A stretch of 64,000 bases of DNA from Minisyncoccota bacterium (GTDB taxonomy: Bacteria > Patescibacteriota > Minisyncoccia > UBA6257 > 2-01-FULL-56-20), in assembly GCA_035541435.1 (NCBI GenBank), contig DATKNL010000012.1, forward strand, positions 70,498-134,497, written 5' to 3'. Below the pieces are notes generated by a model that was not told the origin of the DNA, searched no databases, and worked only from the letters and a program-made list of their open reading frames with translations. The stretch's first letter is position 1. Every line of letters starts with the position of its first letter. Below, one piece after another: positions 1-9,639 of this stretch. The position numbers and the translations under genes are program-made.

Positions 1-319
1 TCGTGGAACGCATGGCTCCGAACTGCCGATTGATGTTCGTCGCATCAAAGCGTTCATTGTCGGCGATCCTCACGGTTCCGACCCCCAACCGAAGAAACTT
101 CTCGGCGAGCTGACCGCCCATTCCTCCACATCCTGCAACCCCGATCGTGCAATTTCGAAGATATTCCTGCTCGTCCCGCGTTATCCAACCGAGATTCCGG
201 TCGACACGCTTCCAGTAATACGCCTCGTCCTCATTGGCGCGCAAAAGCCGATACGTCGCATCAATGCTCGGCTCTAACGGCAACTCAAGGCACTCAACCA
301 TAGAAACATCTTCCTTCAT
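1..319 (-). CDS. ThiF/MoeB/E1-like adenylyltransferase family protein, partial (C-terminus runs off window start)
   Basis: Minus-strand ORF starting at ATG ~319 after GAGGAGGGG SD; translation MKEDVSMVECLELP...IGVAGCGGMGGQLAEKFLRLGVGTVRIADNERFDATNINRQF has ThiF-type GxGxxG Rossmann and NxNRQ motifs; absent from track because truncated. Confidence 0.5.
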   Translation of the reverse strand, partial: MKEDVSMVECLELPLEPSIDATYRLLRANEDEAYYWKRVDRNLGWITRDEQEYLRNCTIGVAGCGGMGGQLAEKFLRLGVGTVRIADNERFDATNINRQFGAMRST

Positions 320-426
320 GTAATCCCCTCCTCTTGAAATCAAAGGTGCTGGAAGCATTATGCAATGCCGCACATTAAGAAAATCTTAAAAGATGCCGCT
401 TTGAAAACATAAAGCGGCTGGCAATT

Positions 427-446
427 TTGACAAATCGGGCTATAAT
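427..446 (+). promoter_or_regulatory. TTGACA/TATAAT hexamers upstream of tRNA-Arg; the -10 TATAAT (441-446) is plausible, but the 8-nt spacer to TTGACA is too short for a canonical sigma70 pair
   Basis: ttgacaaatcgggctataat read directly; tRNA starts 17 nt downstream. Confidence 0.25.
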
Positions 447-463
447 CATCGAAACGGTATCCG

Positions 464-534
464 CCCCTGTGGTGAAACGGATATCACGCATGGCTTCGAA
501 CCATGAAGTTGGGGTTCAACTCCCTACGGGGGCA
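464..534 (+). tRNA. tRNA-Arg (anticodon TCG)
   Basis: Cloverleaf read from sequence: acceptor GCCCCTG/CGGGGGC, D-stem GTGA/TCAC, anticodon stem CATGG/CCATG with loop CTTCGAA, T-loop TTCAACT. Confidence 0.75.
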
Positions 535-1016
535 CGAATAGGGTGAATGGAGCTCGTAAACTCCCACCAAAGAAAAAGGCCGCATCTTACGATGAAGCCT
601 TATTATCGTCCCTTACCGATGTCAGTAGCGCTTTCGCGTACATGCCCCAGATTGCAGGGGTCAGACATCCCGGTGCTTCGCATCCATTGCGGGGCTCAGA
701 TGCTTAGCCTTTTCTGACTACCTATTCCCCGAATGAGCTATAGCCTTTCGTTGCGCTACAGCCACATTGGCTGGATCCGGTCCGGGTCACATCTCTTGCG
801 AGATGCTCCTTTTTGGCTCTGGCAATCATGCTCGGAATCGTCGACCTCACGGCATACAACGACCCACGCTCTCTACCGTGTCGGGTTGTCCGTTTCTACT
901 ACGAGCCGTTCAGGAACTATCCTTATCATAGAGCGATCTCCAGCGAGGTCAAATCGCAATTGTACACAGGACAATGACCGCCTCAGCTGGTTCCATACGA
1001 GGGCGCGATCTTTCTC

Positions 1017-1424
1017 TCACCGCAAATCCTTCCTGAACACCCGGAGCGTTCCGCGCTGCTTATAGCCGCACCTGACCGCGAAGGCGAAGTTTTTCCGCTC
1101 GGTCTCGAAATAGGCCGTCGTCCCCTTCGCGCACGCCGCGATCTTCTTCATCATCCTGAGGCCGAGCCCCTGCCGTTGGTACTCCGGCGCAATCACAAGG
1201 TCGAGGATCTTCGTGTCGATCGCGAAGTCGGACAAGGCGCGGCCAAGGCCGACAAGCTCGCCGTCCTCGTTGCGGGCCGAGACGACGATGTCGCAGTTCG
1301 CGAGGGACTTCCGCATGCGCGCAGCGGAATAGTCCTTGGCCGTCCCCCATCCGAGCTCGACGTAAAGGTCGGCCGCTTCCTGCGGCTTCACCGCCTTGCG
1401 GTCGGTCGAGATCGTGACGGCCAT
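1017..1424 (-). CDS. GNAT family N-acetyltransferase
   Basis: 135 aa; acetyl-CoA binding-like motif QRQGLGLRMMKKI typical of GNAT fold. Confidence 0.65.
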   Translation of the reverse strand: MAVTISTDRKAVKPQEAADLYVELGWGTAKDYSAARMRKSLANCDIVVSARNEDGELVGLGRALSDFAIDTKILDLVIAPEYQRQGLGLRMMKKIAACAKGTTAYFETERKNFAFAVRCGYKQRGTLRVFRKDLR

Positions 1425-1432
1425 CGGCTCGC

Positions 1433-3187
1433 TCAGGCCTTGGACGGTTGCGCGGGAGCGGCCGCCGGCACCTTCGGGGCAGGCTTGGCCGAAGCCGCCG
1501 CCATCGCGGTAGGCTCGATATGGTCCACGCTATATTGCAGGCTGCCGCCCACCTTCTTGCCAGGATTGAACATGTTCAGCGGGTCGAAGATCTTCTTGAC
1601 TTCCTTGAACAGTTCGACGATCTCTGAACCGTACATCTCCTCGAGGTACGGCGTGCGGATCAGGCCGTCGTTGTGCTCGCCCGTGATCGAGCCGTGATAT
1701 TGGAAAACGAGCCGGTACACCTTTTCGGAAATCTCGGGGATGAGCGCCCGCACGCGCGGATTCGAAAGGTCCATGAGCGGGATGATGTGGAAGTTGCCGT
1801 TGCCCGGATGGCCGGCGATCGTATAGATCAGGTCCTTTTCATAAGGGTCGAGGATCGCGTTGAGCTTCGGCATGAATTCGGGCAGGTATTCCGGCTTCAC
1901 GACGAAGTCGTCGATGAACGGGGCCGTGTCCTTGCCCGTCGTGTTGTTGTGCAGCAGCGCGAAGCTCTGGCGGCGGATCGTCCAATATTTCTCCTCGTCG
2001 CTCTCCTTCGTGAGCGGCCGCACGCTGATGCCGGAACGCGTCTTCGCAAAGCGGCGCACGTCGTCGGCGAGCTGGTTGAGCTTCGCGACGAGCTCCGGCT
2101 CGTCGTCGCCCGTGAGCTCGACGAGCACGATCATCTTCGGCATGCCGCCCGTCATCACCATCCACATCTCGGGCAGGAACTGGAACCCGAGCGTGATCGC
2201 GTTGCCCTTCATTGAGCGCAGGACCTGGCGCCACAGCTTGACCGCCACCTGGATCGTCTTGTCGTCATAGGACTCGATGCTTTCGGGATGGAACCGCAGC
2301 ACCTCGACAACGAGGTCGGCGACCCACTTGAGGTCGTTCACGAAGATGACCGCGAGCCGCGAATGCTTCTTCGCGCGGACGAGGCCGAGCTTCGCCTCGG
2401 TGAGCAGGCCGAACGTCCCCTGCGAGCCGACGATGAGCTTCGTGAGGTCGAACGTGTTCTTGTCCCAGACGTTCCAAAGGTAATAGCCCGCCGAATTCTT
2501 CGAGACGTCCGGCTTCGCCTTCTTGATGACGTCGTAATGCTTGTCCATGAGGTCGTACAGCTTGCGATAGAGGTCGCCCTCGAAGCCCTGCTCGTTCAGC
2601 TTGGCGCGCAGCTCGCCGCCGGCGAGCGGCCGGATCGTGTGCTCCTCGCCGTCGCTCATCACGAGCTTCAGCTCGCGCACGTAATCCTCGGTCTTGCCAT
2701 ACGCCAGCGTCTTCTCGCCGCCCGAATTGTTGTTCACGATGCCGCCCATGGCGCAGAGCTCCTTCGAGGCGGGATAGGACGGATAGAGCAGGCCCTTCGG
2801 CTTGAGCTCCTTCTCGAAGTCCCGGTAATAGACGCCGGGCTCGACGACCGCATAGGGTTCGCCGGTCACCGGGGACGACTCCGCGACCTCCTTCACGTGG
2901 TTGAAATACTTGGTGAACGAAACGATGATCCCCTGCGAAAGCGGGCCGCCCGTCATGTCGGTTCCGGCGGACCGGCCGGTGATCGAGATGTCCTCCCCCG
3001 CCGCGCGCTTCGCGGCGACGAACTTCACGAGGTTGCGAACGTCGTCGACGTCCTTCGGGAAGACGACGACCTTCGGCCGCACCTTGAAGACGGAATAGTC
3101 GCGGCTGTACTTTTCGAGCGTCGCGTCGTCGACCGCCACGTCGCCATGCAGGAACTGCTTGATCTCTTCTGCGATCATTACTCTCAT
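1433..3187 (-). CDS. FAD-binding oxidoreductase, FAD-linked oxidase (GlcD/D-lactate dehydrogenase-like) family
   Basis: 584 aa; N-terminal PCMH-type FAD-binding domain (VVFPKDVDDVRNLVKFV...ISITGRSAGTDMTGG) and C-terminal FAD-oxidase_C region. Confidence 0.7.
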   Translation of the reverse strand: MRVMIAEEIKQFLHGDVAVDDATLEKYSRDYSVFKVRPKVVVFPKDVDDVRNLVKFVAAKRAAGEDISITGRSAGTDMTGGPLSQGIIVSFTKYFNHVKEVAESSPVTGEPYAVVEPGVYYRDFEKELKPKGLLYPSYPASKELCAMGGIVNNNSGGEKTLAYGKTEDYVRELKLVMSDGEEHTIRPLAGGELRAKLNEQGFEGDLYRKLYDLMDKHYDVIKKAKPDVSKNSAGYYLWNVWDKNTFDLTKLIVGSQGTFGLLTEAKLGLVRAKKHSRLAVIFVNDLKWVADLVVEVLRFHPESIESYDDKTIQVAVKLWRQVLRSMKGNAITLGFQFLPEMWMVMTGGMPKMIVLVELTGDDEPELVAKLNQLADDVRRFAKTRSGISVRPLTKESDEEKYWTIRRQSFALLHNNTTGKDTAPFIDDFVVKPEYLPEFMPKLNAILDPYEKDLIYTIAGHPGNGNFHIIPLMDLSNPRVRALIPEISEKVYRLVFQYHGSITGEHNDGLIRTPYLEEMYGSEIVELFKEVKKIFDPLNMFNPGKKVGGSLQYSVDHIEPTAMAAASAKPAPKVPAAAPAQPSKA

Positions 3188-3214
3188 TCTATCACATGGC
3201 CCCGGGCCGCCCTG

Positions 3215-3796
3215 TTAAAAACGGGCTTTGGCCGCCCCTTGGCGCAGCACGGTGACGGCGCCATCCCGCAGGGCGATCAGCGTCGACGGCGGAGCGTCAC
3301 GGCGGCCGGCATCGACATAGAAATCGACGCGGTCGCCGAAATAGCGCTTCGCCTCGCTTAGGGTCTTGGCGGGCGGTTTTCCTTCGAGGTTCGCACTCGG
3401 CGCGACAAGCGGCCCCGCCTTCGCAAGCAGCGACCGCAGCCACGCAGCCTTCGGCATGCGGAAGGCCAGCGTCTTCGTCCCCCGGTGAAGGTAGGCGAAG
3501 CGGCTTCGCGCCGGCAGGGGCGCTATCACACTTATGGGCCCAGGCCAAGATTTCTTTAATATTTTTTTCATGAATGCGTCGGGACGGATGCCGAACAGCC
3601 CGAGGTCGCGCACGGACCCTACCAGGATGATCATCGGCTTCTTCGGGTTTCGCCGCCGCACCCGATAGATCCGCAGCACCGCCGTGCGGTCGAGCGCCGA
3701 TCCGACGATGCCATAGAGCGTGTCGGTCGGGAGCACGCCGATGGCGCCGTTTTGCAGCATCGGAGCGATAAAATGATTGATTTTCCTGATGTTCAT
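3215..3796 (-). CDS. tsaC: L-threonylcarbamoyladenylate synthase (YrdC/TsaC/Sua5 family)
   Basis: 193 aa; YrdC signature GVLPTDTLYGIVGSA and SANLEGKPP motif. Confidence 0.8.
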   Translation of the reverse strand: MNIRKINHFIAPMLQNGAIGVLPTDTLYGIVGSALDRTAVLRIYRVRRRNPKKPMIILVGSVRDLGLFGIRPDAFMKKILKKSWPGPISVIAPLPARSRFAYLHRGTKTLAFRMPKAAWLRSLLAKAGPLVAPSANLEGKPPAKTLSEAKRYFGDRVDFYVDAGRRDAPPSTLIALRDGAVTVLRQGAAKARF

Positions 3797-3811
3797 GGTA
3801 TAACTTACATT

Positions 3812-4393
3812 ATGGACAAGTTGAGCGCGACGAGCAAAGTGATCATCATCGCGGTCGTGGTCTGCCTCGTCATTTTCGCCATCTTCCTCTATGGAGGGCC
3901 GAAGACCTCGTCGGCTCCGGCCTCGCCGTCGCCGGCAGGCTCCGCCGAAACCGCGGCTACGGCCGGCACGGAAACGTCGTCGGTCACGACGTCGACGCTC
4001 CCGACCACCCAGGGAACGGGATCATCGAAGCCGGTTTCCGGATCGGCGCCGAAGCCCGTGACGAAGCCGCAGAACGCTATCAAGATCATCACCCCGGTCT
4101 CGGGCGACGAATGGAAGATCGGCGTGACAAACCCGGTTTCGTGGACGCCCGAAGCGAACTTCACCGGCGAGATCGACCTCGTCGATGCGAAGACCGGAAC
4201 GGTCATCGGCGTCATCCTTTCGGAAACCGGACCGCACCAGACCTCCTATGGCTGGAACACCCGCGAGATCTCGCTTAACCGCTACAGCCCGCTCAAGAAG
4301 GAGGTTGCGGCCGGCACCTATAAGGTCAGGATGAAGTTCGACGGCAACAACCTGCCGACGATCACGAGTCCGACCTTCACGATCACGAACTGA
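3812..4393 (+). CDS. Membrane-anchored exported protein with Ser/Thr/Pro-rich linker and C-terminal beta-sandwich region, function unknown
   Basis: Track ORF 3752..4393; start moved to internal ATG (MDKLSATSKVIIIAVVVCLVIFAIFLY TM helix) to avoid overlap with tsaC start. Confidence 0.5.
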   Translation: MDKLSATSKVIIIAVVVCLVIFAIFLYGGPKTSSAPASPSPAGSAETAATAGTETSSVTTSTLPTTQGTGSSKPVSGSAPKPVTKPQNAIKIITPVSGDEWKIGVTNPVSWTPEANFTGEIDLVDAKTGTVIGVILSETGPHQTSYGWNTREISLNRYSPLKKEVAAGTYKVRMKFDGNNLPTITSPTFTITN

Positions 4394-5756
4394 GCGAACG
4401 GCGACCCCTCAGCCTCTTGTGATACCCGATGGCGAATCGGTGCGCCTCGTCGCGCACCCGCACGAGCGTCTCTTTGGTGACGCCCTTCGGGATGGCGCCG
4501 ATCACGTCGTTGCGCTTGCGTTCGGCGCCCTTCGCGATGCCGAGGATCGGGATCCTGAGGCCGGCGCGCAGGATCACCTTCTTCGCCGCGTTCGCCTGCG
4601 CGACGCCGCCGTCGATCAGGATGAGGTCGGGCAGGCGCCAGGCGTCCGGCTCGACGGTGCCGTCCCTGCCGACGCGCGCGCGTTCCCCTGCGGAATCATC
4701 CGCGATTCCCTTCCGAAGCCAGTCCTTCGGCCGCGTCGACGGCGCGTGGCGGGAAAACCGCCGCTCGAGCACCTCGGTCAGCATGCCGACGTCGTTCGGC
4801 TGGAAGATGCTCCTGATCCTGAATTTTCGGTATTCGTTCTTGTTCGGTTCGCCATCCTCGAAGACCACCATCGATCCTACGGCGTCGGTTCCCGAAATAT
4901 TCGAAATGTCATAGCCCTCGATGCGATAGGGCTCGGCGCGGTCCTCGCCCGGCGCACCGCGGCCGCGGCCGTCCTTCGACATGGCCGGGCCGGCGACGAT
5001 CGGCGAATCAGAAATGAAGGCTGTGTCGCGGATGTGCCGCAGCGAGAAAAGCTGGCGGCGCAGCTTCTCGGCCTTCTCGAAATCAAGACGCCTGCTCGCG
5101 GCCTTCATGTCGTCCTCGAACGACCTGATCACGCTCTTCTTGCGCCCTTCGAGGAAGAGCCGCAGGCGCCCGATGGTGCGCGCATATTCGCGCTGCGAGA
5201 CGGCGCCGATGCACGTTCCGGGACAGAGCCCGACTTCATAATCGAAGCAGGGACGCCTGAACGTGCCGATGGTTTCGGGGTCGTGGGTGTTCCACGGGAA
5301 GATCCTGCGCAGGATGCGCAGCGCCTCGCGGGCGCTGTGGGCGGACGTGAACGGCCCGAACCGGCGGCCGCGGCCGAGGCCCCGCTTCACGGCATCGGCG
5401 TTCGGCGTCCCGCGCACGAGCAGCACGCGCGGAAACTTCTCCTTCGTGATCTCAATATAGAGGAAGCTCTTGTCGTCCTTTTCGCGCACGTTGAACGGCG
5501 GTTCGTATTTCTTGATGAGCTCGGCCTCGAGGATCAGCGCCTCGAGCGCGCTGTCGGTCGGACGGTAGTCGACCGAGCGGATGAGCTCGACAAGCCGCTC
5601 GATGCGCACGTCGTGCGGCCGCTCGAAATAGCTCGAAACGCGCCGGCGCAGGTTCGCGGCCTTGCCGACGTACAGGATGCCGCCCCCTTCGCCCTTCATA
5701 AGATAAACGCCCGGCGTGTCCGGGAGTTTTTTGTATGGGATATCGGTCTTAACCAT
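4383..5756 (-). CDS. uvrC: Excinuclease ABC subunit C (short form, apparently lacking C-terminal HhH2 domain)
   Basis: 457 aa; N-terminal GIY-YIG (GVYLMKGEGGGILYVGKAANLRRRVSSYF), UvrBC-interaction region, ends at RVRDEAHRFAIGYHKRLRGRR endonuclease motif. Confidence 0.85.
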   Translation of the reverse strand: MVKTDIPYKKLPDTPGVYLMKGEGGGILYVGKAANLRRRVSSYFERPHDVRIERLVELIRSVDYRPTDSALEALILEAELIKKYEPPFNVREKDDKSFLYIEITKEKFPRVLLVRGTPNADAVKRGLGRGRRFGPFTSAHSAREALRILRRIFPWNTHDPETIGTFRRPCFDYEVGLCPGTCIGAVSQREYARTIGRLRLFLEGRKKSVIRSFEDDMKAASRRLDFEKAEKLRRQLFSLRHIRDTAFISDSPIVAGPAMSKDGRGRGAPGEDRAEPYRIEGYDISNISGTDAVGSMVVFEDGEPNKNEYRKFRIRSIFQPNDVGMLTEVLERRFSRHAPSTRPKDWLRKGIADDSAGERARVGRDGTVEPDAWRLPDLILIDGGVAQANAAKKVILRAGLRIPILGIAKGAERKRNDVIGAIPKGVTKETLVRVRDEAHRFAIGYHKRLRGRRSLSS

Positions 5757-5806
5757 TTTTTAATCCCCTCTATTATACTGGACCGCCGCCCGCGCTCAAG
5801 GACCGC

Positions 5807-6085
5807 TCACCCTTCGAAGAGGACGTGCACCGCGCACTTCACGTTCAGCGGATAGGTCCCCTCGATCTCCTCGTTGATGCGCTCGAGCGAGACGTGCGGC
5901 TGCCCGTTCTCGAAGTGCAGGGCGTCGTTCTCGATATAGGCGATCTTGTGCATCATGGCGTCATAGACATAGGTCCGGTCGAAATAGCCGAGCAGCTGGT
6001 TGTCGGCGGAGCGAATGTGGCTGCCCTCGATCCAGCCCATCTTCTGCCCGTGGTGATAGACCTTGTTCTCGATGATCTGCGGCAT
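5807..6085 (-). CDS. Hypothetical protein with internal ~28-aa repeat (VYHHGQKMGWIEGSHI / VYDAMMHKIAYIENDAL)
   Basis: Track ORF 5807..6145 trimmed to ATG giving MPQIIENKVYHH...; no recognisable family. Confidence 0.4.
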   Translation of the reverse strand: MPQIIENKVYHHGQKMGWIEGSHIRSADNQLLGYFDRTYVYDAMMHKIAYIENDALHFENGQPHVSLERINEEIEGTYPLNVKCAVHVLFEG

Positions 6086-6150
6086 GGCTTCAGTATAGCA
6101 GAACGAAAAAGCGCCGGTCCCGATGAACGGGCCGGCGCATGTCACTCCCT

Positions 6151-6891
6151 TCAGTTCCGCTGGCGGGAAAAGACGTGATAGACAAGGTGGTTGTCGAAGT
6201 TCCCCTCATAGAACACGAGCGCGGTGAGCAGTCCGCCGCGCGCGCACTTCGTATCGACGGGATACAGGTTGCCCCGCTGGGGATATTCCCACACCTTGCC
6301 GACCTCGACCCGGATGGATTCGTGACCGAACACGACGGGCTTCGCCGTGCGCGGATACGTCACACACCATCCAGGCAGCCCGTCGGTCGCCTTCTTCTCG
6401 CGACGGACCTGGTACGGCGGCTCGCCGAGCAGGACCGCCATCCCCTCGTGTGTCCGCTGCTGTTCGGCGAGCGGGATGCCATAACGGAGCCCCGCATGCA
6501 CGATGGTCACATCCTCGAGTTCCCTGAACAGCGGGAGCTTCGAGAAATATTCGAGGGCGTCGCCATAACCGATGCCGATGCCGTTCCTGCCTGCGGCCTC
6601 GAACTGGGCGATCGTCCTCCGATGGGACGCGGACAGGCATTCCGGCGGCATCTGCTTCTTGTTCTTGTCGGCCCACAGGTGGCGCACCTCATGATTGCCG
6701 CACACCGGTTTCGCGCCGATGTCCATGAGCAGCCTGATCACCCGCGGGGAATCGGAATCAGGGCCGCCGTTGACCGTATCCCCGACCGGAATGACGGTAT
6801 CGGACGGCATGAGGCCGATCCGGCTGAACAGCTCGTCCAGTTCGACATAACAACCATGGATGTCCCCTACGATGACATATCGCTTCGACAC
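6151..6891 (-). CDS. Metallophosphoesterase, PPP-family Ser/Thr phosphatase / ApaH-PrpE-like bis(5'-nucleosyl)-tetraphosphatase
   Basis: 246 aa; motifs VIVGDIHGC, GDTVNGGP, GNHE characteristic of calcineurin-like phosphoesterases. Confidence 0.7.
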   Translation of the reverse strand: MSKRYVIVGDIHGCYVELDELFSRIGLMPSDTVIPVGDTVNGGPDSDSPRVIRLLMDIGAKPVCGNHEVRHLWADKNKKQMPPECLSASHRRTIAQFEAAGRNGIGIGYGDALEYFSKLPLFRELEDVTIVHAGLRYGIPLAEQQRTHEGMAVLLGEPPYQVRREKKATDGLPGWCVTYPRTAKPVVFGHESIRVEVGKVWEYPQRGNLYPVDTKCARGGLLTALVFYEGNFDNHLVYHVFSRQRN

Positions 6892-6936
6892 AACCCCTCC
6901 TTGGCTTGAAACGTGCGAAAACGCGCTGGCTCCAGC

Positions 6937-9510
6937 TTAGCGCATCGCGAGCAGTTTGCGCAAATACTGCCCGGTGAAGCTGCCCGCCTTGCGGGCGACC
7001 TGCTCGGGCGTGCCGACCGCGACGATCTGGCCGCCGCGCTCGCCGCCTTCGGGGCCGAGGTCGATGATCCAGTCCGCGGTCTTGATCACGTCGAGGTTGT
7101 GCTCGATCACGACGATCGTGTTCCCGCGGTCGACCAGGCGCTGCATCACCTTGATGAGCTGGTCGACGTCGGCGAAATGCAGCCCGGTCGTCGGCTCGTC
7201 GAGCAGATAAAGCGTGCGGCGCGTGTCGCGCTTGCCGAGCTCCGCGCCAAGCTTGATGCGCTGCGCCTCGCCACCCGAGAGCGTCGTTGCGGACTGGCCG
7301 AGCTCGAGATAGCCCAGGCCGACCTCTTCGAGGATCGCAAGCTTCTCGTGGAGCCAGGGGATGTCGCCGAAGAACTTCACCGACTCCTCGATCGTCATCT
7401 TCAGGATGTCATAGATGCTCTTTCCTTTATATTCCACCTCGAGGGTCTCGCGGTCGAACCGCCGGCCCTTGCAGACGTCGCAGGTCACATAGACGGTCGG
7501 CAGGAAGTGCATCTCGATCGCGATCGTGCCGTGGCCCTCGCAGTTCTCGCAGCGGCCGCCCGGGACGTTGAAGCTGAACCGTCCCGGCTTGTAGCCGCGC
7601 ACCCGCGCGTCCTCGGTCGAGGCGAAGAGGTCGCGGATGTGGGTCCAGGCGCCGACATAGGTCGCCGGGTTCGACCGCGGCGTGCGGCCGATCGCGGACT
7701 GGTCGATGTTGATGATACGGTTGATGTATTCGAGTCCCAGGATCTGCTGATAGCCGCCGGCCTTGTGGTTCGCGCGGTTCAGCTTGTCGGCGACCGCCTT
7801 ATAGAGGACGTCATACACGAGGCTCGACTTGCCCGAGCCCGAGACGCCCGTCACGGCCGTGAGCCGGCGCAGCGGAATGTCGACGTCGAGGCCCTTGAGG
7901 TTGTTGGCATGCGCGCCGCGGATCTTCAGGAACTCCTGCGAGCTCCCCTTCTTCTCGCCGTCCTTCGCCGACGGCAGGCGCACGGCGCGCCGCTCGGACG
8001 GGACCTCGATGAACTGCTTGCCCCGCAGGTACTGCAGCGTGAGCGAGTTCTGCTTCGCATCCTTCAGGATCTCGGGCATGGGGCCCTTCGCGACGACGCG
8101 GCCGCCGTGCACCCCGGCCGCCGGGCCGATGTCGACGAGATAGTCCGCCGCGCGGATCGTGTCCTCGTCGTGCTCGACGACGACGATCGTGTTGCCGAGG
8201 TCGCGCAGGTCCTGCAGGGTCCTGATGAGCTTCGCGTTGTCGCGCTGATGGAGGCCGATCGTCGGCTCGTCGAGGATGTAGAGCGTGCCGACCAGGCGCG
8301 AGCCGATCTGCGACGCGAGCCTGATGCGCTGAGCCTCGCCGCCCGAGAGCGTTCCCGCCTTGCGGTCGAGGGTCAGATAGTCGAGCCCCACGTCCATCAT
8401 GAACCTGAGCCGCGACGTGATCTCGCGGAGCGGGGCTTCGGCGACCTCGGTCATCGATTCGCTCCTGAACTTCATGGCGCCGAAGAATGCGAAGGCGTTC
8501 TCGATCGACAGGCCGACGACCGAATTGATGTTCTTGCCGTCGATCAGCACGTTGAGGCTCTCGACGCGCAGGCGCTTGCCTTCGCAGACCGGGCAGATCT
8601 CGTCGGACCACAGGTCCTTCGTGCCGAGGCCGTGGCATTCGGGACAGGCGCCATAGGGACTGTTGAACGAGAACAGGCGCGGCTCGATCTCGGGGAACGA
8701 GAAGCCGTCGTGCGGACAGGTGAACTTCGCCGAGAGCGATACCTCCTTGTCGGCGATGATCGTCGCGACGTCGTTGCCATATTTGAGCGCGTGCTCGATC
8801 GCCTCGGCGAGGCGCAGGCGGTTGTCCTTGTCCTTGAAATCCATGCTCGACGGGATGCGGTCGATGACGAGGTCGATGTCGTGCGTCTTGTAGCGCGACA
8901 GCTCGACCCGCTCGCGGAGCGAGTGATATTTGCCGTCGATGCGGACTTCGGAAAATCCGGCGTTCAGGAAGTCATAGAGCATCTGGTAATATTCGCCTTT
9001 CCGGCCGCGGACGACCGGCGCAAGGATCACGAGGTTGCTGCCGGCCTTCCCTTTCGCGCCGCCCTGGCTCTGCCGCGCGAAGTCGATCGCGACGTCGACG
9101 ATCTCTTCGTTCGTGAGCTTCTTGATCTCGCGGCCGCAGGTCGGGCAATACGGCTTGCCGGCGCGGGCGAACAGCACGCGCAGATAGTCGTAGATCTCGG
9201 TGATCGTCGCGACGGTCGAGCGGGGGTTCGAGGAATGGCTCTTCTGGTCGATCGAGATCGCGGGCGAGAGGCCCTCGATGTCGTCGACGTCCGGCTTGTC
9301 GAGGCGGCCCAAAAACTGCCGCGCATAGGCGGAGAGCGACTCGATGTAGCGGCGCTGGCCCTCGGCGAAGATCGTGTCGAACGCGAGCGACGACTTGCCC
9401 GACCCCGAAAGGCCGGTGAAGACGACCATCTTGTCGCGCGGGATCTCGAGGCTCACGTCCTTAAGGTTGTGCTCGCGGGCGCCTTTGATGATGATTTTGT
9501 CGTGGGGCAT
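6937..9510 (-). CDS. uvrA: Excinuclease ABC subunit A
   Basis: 857 aa; two ABC ATPase modules ([32 protein letters not shown] x2), zinc modules CPTCG / CPECHGLG / CPVCEGKR, UvrB-binding region [14 protein letters not shown]. Confidence 0.9.
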   Translation of the reverse strand: MPHDKIIIKGAREHNLKDVSLEIPRDKMVVFTGLSGSGKSSLAFDTIFAEGQRRYIESLSAYARQFLGRLDKPDVDDIEGLSPAISIDQKSHSSNPRSTVATITEIYDYLRVLFARAGKPYCPTCGREIKKLTNEEIVDVAIDFARQSQGGAKGKAGSNLVILAPVVRGRKGEYYQMLYDFLNAGFSEVRIDGKYHSLRERVELSRYKTHDIDLVIDRIPSSMDFKDKDNRLRLAEAIEHALKYGNDVATIIADKEVSLSAKFTCPHDGFSFPEIEPRLFSFNSPYGACPECHGLGTKDLWSDEICPVCEGKRLRVESLNVLIDGKNINSVVGLSIENAFAFFGAMKFRSESMTEVAEAPLREITSRLRFMMDVGLDYLTLDRKAGTLSGGEAQRIRLASQIGSRLVGTLYILDEPTIGLHQRDNAKLIRTLQDLRDLGNTIVVVEHDEDTIRAADYLVDIGPAAGVHGGRVVAKGPMPEILKDAKQNSLTLQYLRGKQFIEVPSERRAVRLPSAKDGEKKGSSQEFLKIRGAHANNLKGLDVDIPLRRLTAVTGVSGSGKSSLVYDVLYKAVADKLNRANHKAGGYQQILGLEYINRIINIDQSAIGRTPRSNPATYVGAWTHIRDLFASTEDARVRGYKPGRFSFNVPGGRCENCEGHGTIAIEMHFLPTVYVTCDVCKGRRFDRETLEVEYKGKSIYDILKMTIEESVKFFGDIPWLHEKLAILEEVGLGYLELGQSATTLSGGEAQRIKLGAELGKRDTRRTLYLLDEPTTGLHFADVDQLIKVMQRLVDRGNTIVVIEHNLDVIKTADWIIDLGPEGGERGGQIVAVGTPEQVARKAGSFTGQYLRKLLAMR

Positions 9511-9639
9511 GGGAATAACAAACGTTCCCCCGAGCCGGGCTCATAGGGGGTAGCTGTCGTTCAGTTATGGATCCATGATAGCGCCCTGCGGCGGTTTTCG
9601 CAAATCGCCGGCATGAACGCGGCGCCCAACTCGGCGGCG

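Noticed and set aside
427-446. TTGACA and TATAAT hexamers as a canonical promoter pair
   Set aside because: The spacer is only 8 nt. At most the TATAAT serves as the -10 for the tRNA; the TTGACA is coincidental.
535-1016. RNase P RNA, tmRNA or SRP RNA in the tRNA-adjacent non-coding stretch
   Set aside because: No P4/GGAAAGTCCGG-like, tmRNA tag/acceptor, or SRP GGAA tetraloop hallmark motifs were found by inspection. The question is left open for an Rfam scan.
733-1065. 110-aa ORF in the low-GC stretch after tRNA-Arg(TCG)
   Set aside because: The translation is S/R/T-rich low complexity with no SD and no homology pattern, so it is treated as non-coding.
2288-3361. Long plus-strand ORFs antisense to real genes (e.g. 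2288..3361, 6913..9546 877 aa, 11767..13839 690 aa, 21281..23494 737 aa, 24946..27216 756 aa, 4419..5855)
   Set aside because: These are Arg/Ala/Gly/Asp-rich low-complexity translations typical of the antisense strand of high-GC genes. The opposite strand encodes strongly conserved proteins (UvrA, UvrB, AtpA, FAD oxidase, UvrC).
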